Source: the human T2T-CHM13v2.0 reference genome, Homo sapiens. Taken from it: a stretch of DNA of 64,000 nt. A program made the position numbers and the translations under genes. The stretch lies in NCBI RefSeq assembly GCF_009914755.1, contig NC_060927.1, one strand, 5' to 3'. Positions 34,815-49,869 of the stretch are shown piece after piece (positions within the stretch are counted from its first letter, which is position 1; each line of letters starts with the position of its first letter). Below the pieces are notes generated by a model. It saw nothing but the letters and a program-made list of their open reading frames with translations. It searched no databases and had not been told where the DNA came from.

Positions 34815-35717
34815 TCTAACTGCATCACCATGGCTGGAATGGGGATTCATCCTCTGATTGGTCAGACCTAGGTCACATGCTCACCCTGCAGCCCAAGCAG
34901 GCTGAATGGGGAGAGGTAGGTTTCACAAAGGAAAGCCCAGGTGCTGTTACCTGAAGTAGGAGGGCAGGAGGCAGGGTGAGCAGAGCCAACATCAACCCAG
35001 AGGGAATGGAATCTAAGTTGGTGTTTTCTGGGCACGTGGCTGGACCAGGCCTCCCTCCCTCATCATCTCAGGGACATGAGGGAGAAGATTCCTATGGGTG
35101 GTCCCGAAGGTCTCACCCTTTGTTTTGGATGCTGTGTTGGGCCAGGGTGGCAGTGGGTGGGACAGTGGCATCTTAGCTGCCCTGACTTGCAGGCAGCCCA
35201 TTCCAGCTCCCCGCCCCAACCCCAACCCAGCCCACTTTTTCTGAGAAATGGTACATTTGCCCCAGCCTCATGTCCAGAGGAAAATTTTACTCTAACACCA
35301 GAACATTCTCTGGTTTGTCCTGATAGACAAGAAAGCCTCCACCTCCTTAATTTACAAATGACTTGACAGCTGCTTCGTGGGCACTTGCATACATAAAGAG
35401 AAGGAGCTGCTGCCTTAAGTTGCAGCAAGTTTGGCCCCACCTCATCTCCAGGCAGCCAGCAGATGTACAGAGTGCCTCTTGGGTACAATGGCAGCTCCAT
35501 TCAACCAAACCTGAGCAAGCTGACCCCATGCCAGAATGCACTGGGGACTCGGAGATGAATTGGAGCCTAGAGACCAAGTCTCTAGGCTATGACCTGGGCT
35601 GCCTCACGGCCACAGAGCTCTGTCACGCCAAGGGAGAGATGCACCCCTGAAAGCCTGAGGTGCCCCATAAGGAGAGAGTGGGTGCCCTTCCCAACTATGT
35701 AGCTTCAGGGCAAGTTC

Positions 35718-35741
35718 TCTTTCTTTCTTTTTCTTTCTTTC

Positions 35742-35813
<72 letters not shown>

Positions 35814-36160
35814 TGCTCCTTCCTTCCTTCCTTGCTTCTTTCTTTCTTTCTTCTTTTTCTTTTCTTTTTTTTTTTTGAGATGGGGTCTCACTTTGTCACC
35901 CAGACTGGAGTACAGTGGTGCCCTCATAGCTCACTGTAGCCTCGACTTCTCAGTTTCAAGCAATCCTTCTGTCTCAGCCTCTCAAGTAGCCAGGACCACA
36001 GGCACACCCCACCACACCCAACTTATTTTTTATTTTTTGTGGAGATGGAGTCTCCCTATGTTGCCCAGGCTGGTTTTGAACTTCCAGCCTCAAACGATCC
36101 TCCTGCCTTGGCCTCTCAAAGTGCTGCGACTACAGGCATGAGCCACAGCACTTGGTTTGG
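35718..36160 (-). mobile_element. Antisense Alu with an expanded (TTTC)n tail
   Basis: (TTTC)n then reverse Alu motifs. Confidence 0.9.
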
Positions 36161-36429
36161 GCAAGTCCTTGAATTACTCCAAGACTCAGGCCCCTCAGCT
36201 ATAAAGGAGAGAATTATCCCACTTGGTAGAATTGTCTATAGGGACTAATAAGATTAATGGTGTAAAGGGTGCTGTGCACAGTAGACATTCAATAAATGTG
36301 AATTCCCTTCCCAGAGACATGAACTAAGTTCAGAGGAGGCAGCCGCTTGTGTGGTGGGAAATTGACTTGTAAGGAGATTAACACAGAGAGGGGGGTCTTG
36401 CAAAAGTGGGGAAGCAAGTGCTAACTGCC

Positions 36430-37273
<844 letters not shown>

Positions 37274-38369
37274 CTATAGCCAATTTCTTTACTAAAACAA
37301 AGGGCTTCCAGGCTGCAGCCCAGGAACTCAGGAAGATCGAAGTGCAGGTCCTCTCTGAACTTCAGCTTCTCCATGTATAAATAAAATAGTGAATATAAAA
37401 TATTTACATGGATGTCGAATGTGGCAGCCATTACTATTTCTACCCCACCCTTTATATATTTATTGACTAAAAGTCAGGAAAGAAAAGTCACAAATGTCCT
37501 GATGTTACAGGGGCTGGAGTTACACAAAGCAGACACCCTAAAACTGCTTCCAAAAGTTCAGAACTGTGATCTTCAGAACTGTAGGGCAGTTCACATGTAG
37601 GCTGACCCCATTCAGTGTTTCATAACTAGTTCTCAGCAGAAGTTACATTTCATACAGGCCTCAGTAAAAAATCACAGAAGCTCACCAAGCGGCCCGTTGT
37701 CCCTGCAGTCTGATGCTCAGAATTACCATTTCCCTGTAAAAAGGCAATCCTCTAGAGGAATTTTTAGATCATGCAGCACATTTTAGAGCTTCTTCCCTTC
37801 AAATGCGAAACTTGATCCTGGCACAGCCGGGAGCATGGTTTCGGAAGAAGCTCGTGGGAATGTTTCTATCACTGAGTGTTGCTCTACTTCTCAGTTCTTG
37901 GAAGTGTCCCATAAATGTGATCAAAATTGCTGCCCCCACTTGTGCCAACTTCCATTTGCCTCTTTGCTTCGTCTTCTGCTCCAGCATAGTCCCGGAAGAG
38001 GGTTTTCAGGCCTCCAGCACTGGGACCTCCAGGTATCACAGTAATGGGTACTGAGCACCGACCGTGTGCCAGGTGCTGTGCTGGGCACCAGGGATACCAC
38101 CAGGAACAAGACAGATACAGCCCTGCTCCTCAACCAGAGCGCAAAGGCTGGAGACACGGAAGCAGAGCTGCGATTCAGAGCGCTTGAGGCTCTCCAGGAG
38201 CAAGGCTGGGGCCTGGCAGAGCCCAGAGGAGGGGCCCCTAACCTTCTAGAGGCCAGGGAAGGCTTTTCTGAAGATGCGGCATCTACTCTGAGGCCAAAAG
38301 ATGAGTGGGAAAGAGTCCAGAGAAGGGGGGGCAGTGCATACAGAGGGGCTTTCTAAGGCCAAGTGTATC

Positions 38370-38700
38370 AATTGACTTGTACGGCAAGACAGACAACCCC
38401 AACACTTCATGGCTTAAAACAACAAGCTGCATATCATTCATGACTCTGGATCAGCCAGGCAGATCTGCTGATCTGAACCAAGCTTGGTCAATTTCGGCTG
38501 GGTTCATTCAAGCATCTGTGGTCAACTGGAGGGTTGGCTGGGGACTGGCTGGTTGACCCTCAGATGGCTGGGTAACAGGGGTGATGGCCATAGGCCTCAG
38601 CATCTGGCAGGCTAGCTAGGAGCTAGTTAACATGGCAATGGGACTGGCATACCATCATTTCTGCTATTGGTCAAAGCAAGTCATAAGATTTAAGGAATCC
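38370..38700. mobile_element. MaLR (MLT1-like) LTR remnant
   Basis: ggcttaaaacaac...tattggtcaaagcaagtca motifs. Confidence 0.55.
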
Positions 38701-38725
38701 ACTCAGACTTAAGAAATGTGGGAGG

Positions 38726-38867
38726 GGCCAGGTGCAGTGGCTCATGCCTGTAATCCCTACACTTTGGGAGGCCAGGTGGGAGGTCACTTGAGGCCAGGAG
38801 TTCAAGACCAGCCTGGGCAACATAGCAAGACTCCATTTCTAATATATATACATACATATATATACAC

Positions 38868-38944
<77 letters not shown>

Positions 38945-39115
38945 AATTAGCCAGGCATAGTGGCATGTGCCTGAGTCCTAGCCACTTGGAAGACTGAAGT
39001 AGGAGATCACTTGAGCCCAGAAGGTCAAGGCTGCAGTGAGCTATGATTGCACCACTGCACTCCAGCCTGGGCGACAGAGTGGAACCCTGTCTCAAAAAAC
39101 AAACAAACAAACAAG
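38726..39115 (+). mobile_element. Alu whose central linker is a (TA)n/(TG)n/T microsatellite
   Basis: Alu arms flank the repeat at 38841-38944. Confidence 0.9.
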
Positions 39116-39634
39116 AAATGTGAGAGGGGTTGCAAAGTTACATTGCAAATGGGCAGGAGTGAAAAATTGGGGGCAGTTCTGCATCAATTCAACACACACA
39201 GAGGAGACAAAAGGGGCCCGATATCAGCACATGGCCCATTCCAGGAGCCGCAGTGTGGGTGAATTGTGGGATTCAAGCGGGGAGGAGGCTCCTTAAGTCA
39301 GACTGAAGAGCATGAACTTTCACCCACGGGCAGTGGGGAGCCATGCAGGATGCTAAGCGGGGGAGTGAAATCTGACTTCACTTTAGAACACTTTGATGAC
39401 CACAGCCTCCCCGAGTCCAGATCTCTGGTGATGGAGAGCCCTCTGGGAAAATTCCACAATAAAGAGACTACCTAGAGAAGAATGTATGCTGTTTAAAACC
39501 CATCCCTTCCTCAGAGGTAACCACTTCTACTATTACCTTGGTATGAATCCATTCAGAACTTTTTTCTACTGCTTGTGACTGGTAAGATAAAAAAACAAAA
39601 AAATTTTTTAAAAATTAAAAAGAACTATTGTGCC

Positions 39635-39668
<34 letters not shown>

Positions 39669-40099
39669 AGTTTTGTCTTCTCAGTAGTTGGGGTGTACTC
39701 TCCGATACATTCTGGTTCACTCCTTTTCACTACTGCGTACTACTCCACTGTGCGAATAGGCCACAGTTTACTTGTTCACTCTCCACCTGATGGGCATTTA
39801 TGTTGTTTTGAATTTCTGCTAAGATTGAAATAAACATCTTTGCACGTAAGTGTATATGTTTGTCTCAGATCTACGCCTAGAGTGGAATAGGTGGGTTGTG
39901 GAGTGAGTCCCTCCTTAGTTGTATGAAACATCGCTGAATTGCTTTCTAAGGCGGCTACCAGCTCACTCCCCACCCCCCAGCAGCTATACTTTCCTTGAAT
40001 CCTAGTCACTCACTATTGATAGACACTTACATCTTTGTCATTTTGCTGAGTGTGAAATACAGCCTCATTCTTGTTTGTTTTCTTTTCTTTCCCTCCCCC

Positions 40100-40755
<656 letters not shown>

Positions 40756-41514
40756 CCTTGTCATTTTAGATGGCTGCAGAATATTCTGCAGAAAGGGTGT
40801 GATTTAGCCAGGCCTTGGGTGTTTGCTTGGAAAGTTTTTTTTTTTTGTCTGTCAATTTGATGGGAAAAAGTAGTATTTCACCATTGTTTCAATTTGAATT
40901 TTCTCAAATGCCAAGGAAGTTGAGTGTCCATTTTCCTGTTTCTGTTCCTCACCCTTTAGGCTGGTGAATTGCCTGTTTATATTCTTTGTCCATTGTCCCA
41001 GTGGATGTTGTCCTTATCTATGAAGACTTTTGTGAAGCATCCTCCGTTATTGATTTATTTCTTTAAAAACAAAACCAAAGGAGGGCATAGGCCCAGAGAG
41101 CCTGGCTGGCCTCAGAAGGGTCTACTCTGATTGAGGGGCATGTGCTCTGGGCAAAAGTAGCAGTTGGGCTGCCTCCAACTGCTACTTTTTGAGAAATTGA
41201 GGCCAGCAGTGGCGTGGGGCAGCCCATTGCCCACCTGGTAGGATTAGAGGGCCGCCTCAGCGGCCTCCCTGACAACACAGGTGACCCCAATTCCTCATCA
41301 GCATCTCCAGCCCCTGGTGGGCAGAGGGCACAGGCGAGATCAAGCATCTCAGCTCCCAACATTGCACCATGGGGACTGAGACCCAGAGAAGTCAAGCGAC
41401 ACCCCCAAGCTTACACAGGAGTGGGTAGTCCAGCTGGGGCTCCCTACAGAAGGCAGGATGCTGTGCCCCATTCCACACCTCCAGCCCCAGTCAGCAGCTT
41501 GGAGCACTCCCAGC

Positions 41515-41561
41515 CCAATCAGGGCTGATTGGAGTGGTGGGGGTGGGCTGCTGGTATATAA
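41515..41561 (+). promoter_or_regulatory. H1-8: H1-8 core promoter: palindromic double CCAAT/Y-box, GT box, TATATAA (41555)
   Basis: CCAATCAG-gg-CTGATTGG, GGGGTGGG and TATA ~70 nt before the ATG. Confidence 0.75.
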
Positions 41562-41628
41562 GCCTAGTGGGCAGGCCCAGCAGCCTCACACCCGGGTGAG
41601 GGGTCTGCTGGCTGCACCTGTCGGTCTC

Positions 41629-41716
41629 ATGGCTCCTGGGAGCGTCACCAGCGACATCTCACCCTCCTCGACTTCCACAGCAGGATCATCCAGGTCTCCT
41701 GAATCTGAAAAGCCAG
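41629..41716 (+). CDS. H1-8: H1.8 (H1FOO) exon 1 (MAPGSVTSDISPSS...EKP)
   Basis: ATG at 41629, CCAG|gtgagc donor. Confidence 0.95.
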
Positions 41717-41815
41717 GTGAGCAAGAGGAGGCAGCTCCTCCCTCATCCCTGCGAGCCCACTCCCTGGGTTGCCTTTGATGCTCCACCCCTGCTTCTCGTT
41801 CTTTCCCAGCCTGGC

Positions 41816-41890
41816 CCCAGCACCTACCCAGCACCCACCCAGCACTCACCCAGCACTCACCCAGCACCCACCCAGCACCCACCCAGCACC
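41816..41890 (+). repeat. 11-bp minisatellite CCCAGCAC(C/T)CA, ~7 copies
   Basis: visible tandem repeat in H1-8 intron 1. Confidence 0.85.
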
Positions 41891-43479
41891 AAGCTGCTGA
41901 GCTCAACTGCCTTTTGGCTGAAGAGCTGATCTACAGGTAGCAAGGCCAGGTAGGGCCTGGGGGCTGGGGCCGGCCTCGCTCAGGGAAGAGCCACAGGGCC
42001 TTCCAGCTGGAGCCCGTTTCCTGCTGGGACCGTAGCCCGTAGCCAGGCTGCAGCTGTGGGCAGCTAGTTGGAGGGACTGGGGCAGGAGCATTTTATGCAG
42101 GGCTAGGCATTCCGATTTTCAACCAAAAAACACCTCAGGGTTTATCTGGACATGAGGGTGCACCGAGGCAAACCAGGCCCAGTTCACTCCCTCGAGGACC
42201 TCCCGGTCTGATGGGGAAGCCTGGCCCATGGCTTGTTGCTGTTTGCTAATGTGATGTGTGCTTCAGTGGCGGTAATCCAGAGCTGGAGGAGCCCAGAGGA
42301 GTCCTCTAACCCACTCTGGGAGGTCAGGGAAAGCTTCCTAGAAGAGGTGACCCTGAAGGATGGGTGTGCCTCAGCCGGGGGAAGTGTTCTATTTGCCAAG
42401 ACACCTAGGGAGATAGGGAGGGGGTCCAGGTGCCGAGAAGTAAAAGGGCAGAGTTAACTGGGAAGTCAGAGGTGTCCAAACCAAGGTGCATTTTGAGCCT
42501 TGAAGGATGAGTGAGAGCAGCCTGCATGACCGGGAGGAGAGAGGCAGCCCAGGCAGAGGAAACGGCATGGGCTAAGGCCCAGAGGCCAGCGCGCCAGCAG
42601 CTTGTCTCGGAAGCTGCATCTTCCTTCTGGGAAGGAGGGAAGTGCTGGGGCAGTGCTAGGGGAGCAGTGGGAGGGCCTCCAAGGCGGTCTTCAGTTAGGT
42701 CAACTTTTATCTTGAACGGGGAGCCATGGACGGTTTCAAGCAGGGAGGTGAGGGGTGTGAGATACAGCGAGGAGAATGCATGCGGTGGGGAAGAGGCAGT
42801 GGGGAGGAGGCTGGGGCTGGGGAGTTGGAGAGGAGAGGCCAGAATATGGAGAGAAAAGCCTATGGGGAGGCCTCGAGTGGGTGTGGTGAGGAGGAAAGGG
42901 CCCAGAATGCCCCCAGTTCTTGCTTGGATGTTGGGTAGGTATGGGCAGTGGGGGCGTGGGGCATTCCTGGAAGAGAGAGGAGGGGCAGATTTGGGGGGCT
43001 GAGCTCTGTTCTGGACATCCTGGTATACAGCAGGCATGGAATAGCTGCCGAATGAGGGGCTGGGATGAGAGGGAACAGACCTGAGGGAGGACTCCTGGGG
43101 GTGGCTCTCTGGGACAGACATGGTCTGGGGGAAGCAGAGGAGGGGTTGGAGCTGCTCGTGAAGTCAGGCCAAGCGAAGACCCTTGGGAAGCCCTGTAGCA
43201 CTGCAGCTGGGAGGGCTCAGACCTCCTTAGAGGCCCCCGTCCCCACTGTACGGATGGGAAGACTGAGGCCTAGAGGGAAGAATGAAACTCCCGAGAACCC
43301 GGGAGTGACCCAGGACTACACCAGCTCAACGCCTTTGGCCCCCAAATGAATATTCCCACACTGGGCTCGTCATGGCCAGGACCCAACAGGGGTCGAAGTG
43401 ATTAGGTCTCTTTATAATTTTGCTCTAGATCTAGAGTTTCATGGTTTTTTTTTTCTATTGAAAAAAAATTTTAATATAG

Positions 43480-43719
<240 letters not shown>

Positions 43720-43849
43720 TGATCAGAAATCAACATTTCCATTCACCACATTTAAATCCGGTTTCATATTTAAATCCCTTTTATGCATTTCATGGTGACT
43801 GACAACTTCTCATGCTTCCCCCACCCTTGATCCCACTTCATTTGCAACT

Positions 43850-44390
43850 TTTTTATAACACCTTATTGAGAAATAATTCCCATACAATACAATTCACCCT
43901 TTAAAGTGTACAATGGCTTTTGGTATACTCAGAGTTGTGTATCCATCTCTATAATCAATTTTAGAATATTTTCATCACTTCAAGAAAACCAGTACCCATT
44001 AGCAGTCACTCTCCACCCCCACTCCCCAGCCCTGGCAACCACCAATCTGCTTTCTGCATCTATGGACTTCTTATTCTGGACATTTCATATAAATGGAATC
44101 AGACAGTATGTGGCTTTTTCTGACTGCCTTTTTTCACTTTGCATGTTTCAGGGCTCCTCCATGTCGTAGCCAGGGCTTCACTCCTTTGTATGGCTGGATA
44201 ATATTCCACGGGATGGGTAGCGACCACATTTTGTTCATCCATCTGTCAATCATTCATCATGGATGTTTGGGCTGGTTCCATCTTTGGGCCGACATGAATA
44301 GTGCTGCTATGAACATTCATGTGTACATTTTTGTGTGGACATGCGTTTTCATTTCCCTCAGGTATATACCGAAGAGTGGAATTTTTTGGT
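43850..44390 (-). mobile_element. Old L1M 3' fragment
   Basis: tttaaagtgtacaat...ctggcaaccaccaatctgc...gctgctatgaacattc typical of antisense L1M. Confidence 0.75.
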
Positions 44391-44414
44391 AACTTTTTAT
44401 TATGAAAACTTTCA

Positions 44415-44543
44415 GGGCCGAGCATGGTGGCTCATGCTTGTAATCCTAGCACTTTGGGAGACTGAGGTGGGAAGATAGCTTGAACTCAGGAGTTTGAGAC
44501 TAAACTGAGCAATGTAGTGAGACCTGTGTCAAATAACAATAAC

Positions 44544-44587
<44 letters not shown>

Positions 44588-44770
44588 TAATAATACAAAC
44601 ATTAGCCAGGCGTGGTGGTGTGTGCCTGTGGTCCCAGCTACTTCGGAGACTGAGGCAAGAGGATCACTTGAGCTGGAGAGGTCAAGGCTGCAGTGAGCCA
44701 TGATTGTGGCACTGCACTCCAGCTTGGGTGACAGATTGAGACCCTGTCTCCATAAAACAAAACAAAAAAC
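44415..44770 (+). mobile_element. Alu (J-like) with (AAT)n linker
   Basis: Alu arms with an (AAT)n run at ~44543-44585. Confidence 0.9.
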
Positions 44771-45344
44771 TTTCAAATGGATACAAAAGTAGACTACCAA
44801 ATGGTCTGTAACTCCCTTCCACTGTACCCGTCACCCAGCTCCAACAGTCACCAGCTTGTGGACACTCTTGTTTCATCTGCTGGGTTATTTCAAAGCAAAT
44901 GCTGGATTTATGTATCATTTCATTTGTAAATATCTTTTATAATATTTACCTTTAACAGATAAGAGCCTTTTAAAAAGCAATTGTAATACCATTAGCACAC
45001 CTGAAACAATATTATCCCTAATATCCGATATTTCCTTCCAGTGCTCACATTTATCTGTTGCCTTTCTTTTTCCAGTTGGATTGTTCAAATCCTGCTCTGG
45101 GAATGAGCATTTGGTTGAGAGGTTTCCTAAGGACCTTTAGTCCATAGGGTGCCCCTCCCACTTTTTCTTTCCCCCCTTATTTGTGGAAGAAACCCGGCTG
45201 TGTGCCCTGGAGAGTCTCTCAGTCTGGGTGCCTCTGAGAATGTGCACATAGCCCCCGGAGGTCCTGTAAACCCACAGTTACGAAATTCACCCAATTTAGA
45301 TTGTTTTTCTAAAGGAATACTCCATTCTTTAAAAAGAGAGATTT

Positions 45345-45691
<347 letters not shown>

Positions 45692-45817
45692 TCAGTGTCT
45701 TGGGGAGAGGGGGGCATCTGATCCTTGCTGGACCCTCACCCACCCGCCACGGGCCAGCTGATGCCTGCCACTGAGTTGTGACTGGGCCCCGGGTGATGGC
45801 CTGCCATCTCTCCTCAG

Positions 45818-46107
45818 GCCCGAGCCACGGCGGTGTCCCACCAGGAGGCCCGAGCCACAGCAGCCTCCCGGTGGGACGCCGCCACCCCCCGGTGCTACGC
45901 ATGGTGCTGGAGGCGCTGCAGGCTGGGGAGCAGCGCCGGGGCACGTCGGTGGCAGCTATCAAGCTCTACATCCTGCACAAGTACCCAACAGTGGACGTCC
46001 TCCGCTTCAAGTACCTGCTGAAGCAGGCGCTGGCCACTGGCATGCGCCGTGGCCTCCTCGCCAGGCCCCTCAACTCCAAAGCCAGGGGGGCCACTGGCAG
46101 CTTCAAA
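45818..46107 (+). CDS. H1-8: H1.8 exon 2, H15 globular winged-helix domain (HPPVLRMVLEAL...GATGSFK)
   Basis: cctcag| ... |gtaagc; linker-histone GATGSFK signature. Confidence 0.97.
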
Positions 46108-47427
46108 GTAAGCGCCCCTGAGGGAGGACATAGCCCAGGGTTGGAGCAATGGTCCTGGCCTCTGTGAGTGCTGCGGCCTCTACTGGAAGGCCTTTCCCCT
46201 CCGGTCCCCCGTCCTTGTTCCTCCTGTGGTCTCAGCCGAGATGCCCTCTCCTCTAGGAAGGCAGGTAGTGTGCCCTCTCTGAGCTCCCACTGCAAGAGTC
46301 ACCCTGTTGGTGTCCAGGACAGGTGAACTGTTGCATGTTTGGGATCCCAGGGCCTGTGTCAGCTGTGCTAACTTCTGGGTCCTGGGCACGTAGCCCCTTC
46401 CTGGAATTCCTCACCACAGCAAAGGGTTTTCCCTCTGCTGGCACCTCCCTGAGCAGCCATGTCCTCCGTTTCAAAGGGGAGAGTTTCATCTTTATAAGGA
46501 GGCTCCAAAAGGGGACCCATGCCAGGTCACTCAGAGCTGAGGCAGGTCTGGGACAAAACTGCACCCCAACATCAGGACTGTCATCAGCCACCAGGAATAC
46601 CTCAGGGACCAGACCCACGGCCTGACTTGTCATTGCTGGGCCCCCTGCATCTTGCCTAACTTCCTGCATGTAGCAGCTGCCATGACAGTTGCCATGGAAT
46701 GCTGGGGAACATTCTCAGCCTACCCCAAGCCGGTCCCTGTGGTTACCTGGTGACAGATCACAGAAAGTCCCACCCTGGTAGAACTCCTGGGCGTGGGTCA
46801 GAGCCTGGACTTGCGTCACAGCAGGACCAGGCGGCTAAGCAGAGAGAAGAGCCAGAGGGGCGTCAGGTGTCTGATGCGGTGTGCTGGCAGTTGAGGGGTG
46901 AAGGTAGTTTCTAGTCTTGGTGATGGGGAGCCCTGAGGGTTGGGGGACAGGAAAGAAACAGCTTGCCAGGAGCCCTCCCTTCCCTGCCGCTCACAGCCTT
47001 GGTGATTGTCCTGCTGTAAAGATGAGAAGACGTGGCTGTGGTACACGGCTGGAGGAGGGCGGAGGAAGCTGTGAGCCCAGAGCCATCTGACCTCAGCCCA
47101 TGTTCTGCTGAGCGTCAAGGGGCGAGGTGGTGGGGGCATGGGGCATGAGGCAGGGCAGCGCTTCAGGGTAGTGGGGGAGGAGGAGTCCAGAGGCACAATC
47201 TGTGGGAAAGTGGCAGGCCTAGGGCAGGTGGTTGAGAGATCCTGAGATCCTAGAATCATAGTAGACAGTGCCTCCAAGGACAGTGGCTTCGTGCCTTCTC
47301 CCTGCCTCTCACTGCCTGTGGAGCCCCCCTGTTTGGAACGAGGCCTCCCATTCGGAGTCTTACGGGGGGTGGGGGGCGTGAGGCACCTGAGGCTCTGCTT
47401 TCAGCCCCACCCCGTGTCCTTCTCCAG

Positions 47428-47791
47428 TTAGTTCCCAAGCACAAGAAGAAAATCCAGCCCAGGAAGATGGCCCCCGCGACGGCTCCCAGGAGAGCGGGTG
47501 AGGCCAAGGGGAAGGGCCCCAAGAAACCAAGTGAGGCCAAGGAGGACCCTCCCAACGTGGGCAAGGTGAAAAAGGCAGCCAAGAGGCCAGCAAAGGTGCA
47601 GAAGCCTCCTCCCAAGCCAGGCGCAGCCACAGAGAAGGCTCGCAAGCAAGGCGGCGCGGCCAAGGACACCAGGGCACAGTCGGGAGAGGCTAGGAAGGTG
47701 CCCCCCAAGCCAGACAAGGCCATGCGGGCACCTTCCAGTGCTGGTGGGCTCAGCAGGAAGGCAAAGGCCAAAGGCAGCAGGAGCAGCCAAG
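47428..47791 (+). CDS. H1-8: H1.8 exon 3, K/P/A-rich tail
   Basis: tctccag|TTA ... CAAG|gtagtt, frame continuous. Confidence 0.95.
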
Positions 47792-48098
47792 GTAGTTGTG
47801 TGACTTGTAGGGGGTGGTGTGGGGATGGGGGTCTTGACAGCCACTGGAGCGGGGGCGGGGAGCCAGCTCTGGAGAGGGGTTTCCTTATCTAGTGCATGTG
47901 TCCTGAGTGCTGGGCTTGACCTGGAGAGAGAGAACTCATGGTAGCTGGTTGGGGGAAGGAGGCAGACATTTCAAGGGTTATGAAGGGGGAAGCAGAGACC
48001 AGGAGACTGACTCATTCTTGAGGCAGTGGAGGAAGGTGTCTCAAGCAGGGGAAGGGCCTGTGTAAAGGCCTGGAGGCATAAAGAAGGTGGAGTTTTTA

Positions 48099-48397
48099 GG
48101 CCGGGCATGGTGGCTCATGCCTGTAAGCCTAACACTTTGGGAGGCCAAGGCGGGCGGATCCCTTGAGGTCAGGAGTTTGAGACCAACCTGGTCAACATGG
48201 TGAACCCCCGTCTCTGCTAAAAATACAAAAATTAGCTGGGCATGGTGGTGTACACCTATAATCCCAGGTACTTGGGTGGCTGAGGCAGGAAAATCACTTG
48301 AACCCAGGAGGCAGATGTTACAGTGAGCCGAGATCGCACCACTGTACTCCAGCGTGGGTGACAGAGTGACACTCAGTCTCAAAACAAAACACAAAAA
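48099..48397 (+). mobile_element. Alu (S-like)
   Basis: full Alu; aagaaggtggagt direct repeat on both sides. Confidence 0.9.
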
Positions 48398-48554
48398 GAA
48401 GGTGGAGTATTTGAGGAACTGCATGTAATTCAGTCTACCTACAGTTTTGGCAAGGAGAAGCTGTGAAGGGCAGCTGGAATCAGGGCTTTATCTGGAGGAC
48501 AATGCAGAGCTGTGGAAGGATTCTGACAGGAAGCAGCTAGGGCTAGAGTTATTA

Positions 48555-48869
<315 letters not shown>

Positions 48870-49171
48870 CTAAAGGCTCGAGCTGACAGGCCCGTTAGAC
48901 GTTGGCTTTGGTGGGCTTGGAGCACTAGTGCTTTGCCTAGAGCAAGTGCTTCCGTTAACCCTCCAGCCACTCTGTGAGGGGCATGCTATTATTCCCAGTC
49001 TTCAAACTAGGTCACTGAGGCTCAGAGTGGCTAAATGATTTGCCCCATGTCACATAACTGAGTGAAGACCTAGGACCCAGGAGGAATGGGGGTTCTAGAG
49101 CCCCTGAAACTTCCTGCCCCACCAGCAGTTCCTCCTTCTTCCCCTATAAAACCTCCTCCATCAAATTCCAG

Positions 49172-49236
49172 GAGATGCTGAGGCCTACAGGAAAACCAAA
49201 GCTGAGAGTAAGAGTTCAAAACCCACGGCCAGCAAG
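49172..49236 (+). CDS. H1-8: H1.8 exon 4 (DAEAYRKTKAESKSSKPTASK)
   Basis: ttccag| ... AAG|gtaggt, 65 nt restores phase 0. Confidence 0.93.
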
Positions 49237-49533
49237 GTAGGTGCCTGCATGAATTTCCTGGCCTGGCTGCCTGCCCTGAACAGGCCAGAGCTTGGGCATC
49301 CCACACTCAGCCCCCGGAAGGGTCATCCAGGGATGGGGCTCAATTTCTTTTCCTACAAAGCACAGTCCACCACCTTCTCTCTGGTCCCCTGGCACCCTGG
49401 GGGTGTTGCCATCCCCATCTTACAGATAAGAGACTAAGGCTTAGAAGGGCGATGTTGTGTACCCAGAGCCACCCAGAGCTGGGATTTCAGCCCTTCCCAG
49501 CTGTCTCTTTGCTCCTGGTTTGCTTTCGTATAG

Positions 49534-49767
49534 GTCAAGAATGGTGCTGCTTCCCCGACCAAAAAGAAGGTGGTGGCCAAGGCCAAGGCCCCTAAAGCTG
49601 GGCAGGGGCCAAACACCAAGGCTGCTGCTCCTGCTAAGGGCAGTGGGTCCAAGGTGGTACCTGCACATTTGTCCAGGAAGACAGAGGCCCCCAAGGGCCC
49701 TAGAAAGGCTGGGCTGCCCATCAAGGCCTCATCATCCAAAGTGTCCAGCCAGAGGGCTGAAGCTTAG
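49534..49767 (+). CDS. H1-8: H1.8 exon 5 (VKNGAASPTKKK...SQRAEA*)
   Basis: tatag| acceptor, TAG; total 1041 nt = 346 aa. Confidence 0.95.
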   Translation, partial: VKNGAASPTKKKVVAKAKAPKAGQGPNTKAAAPAKGSGSKVVPAHLSRKTEAPKGPRKAGLPIKASSSKVSSQRAEA

Positions 49768-49809
49768 GGCCAGAGGCAGGGGCGGAGAGAGACCGAGCCT
49801 CTGCCCTAG

Positions 49810-49869
49810 TTTTTATTCTTCAACTAACCACTGCTCTATTTATTTCATTGTAAGCTATTTATCAATAAA
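49810..49869 (+). terminator. H1-8: H1-8 3'UTR: CPE-like TTTTTAT (49810) and AATAAA (49864)
   Basis: motifs in a ~120-nt UTR. Confidence 0.75.

Noticed and set aside
42405-43121. 238-aa antisense ORF in H1-8 intron 1
   Set aside because: No recognisable domain; lies in degenerate L2-like purine-rich sequence.
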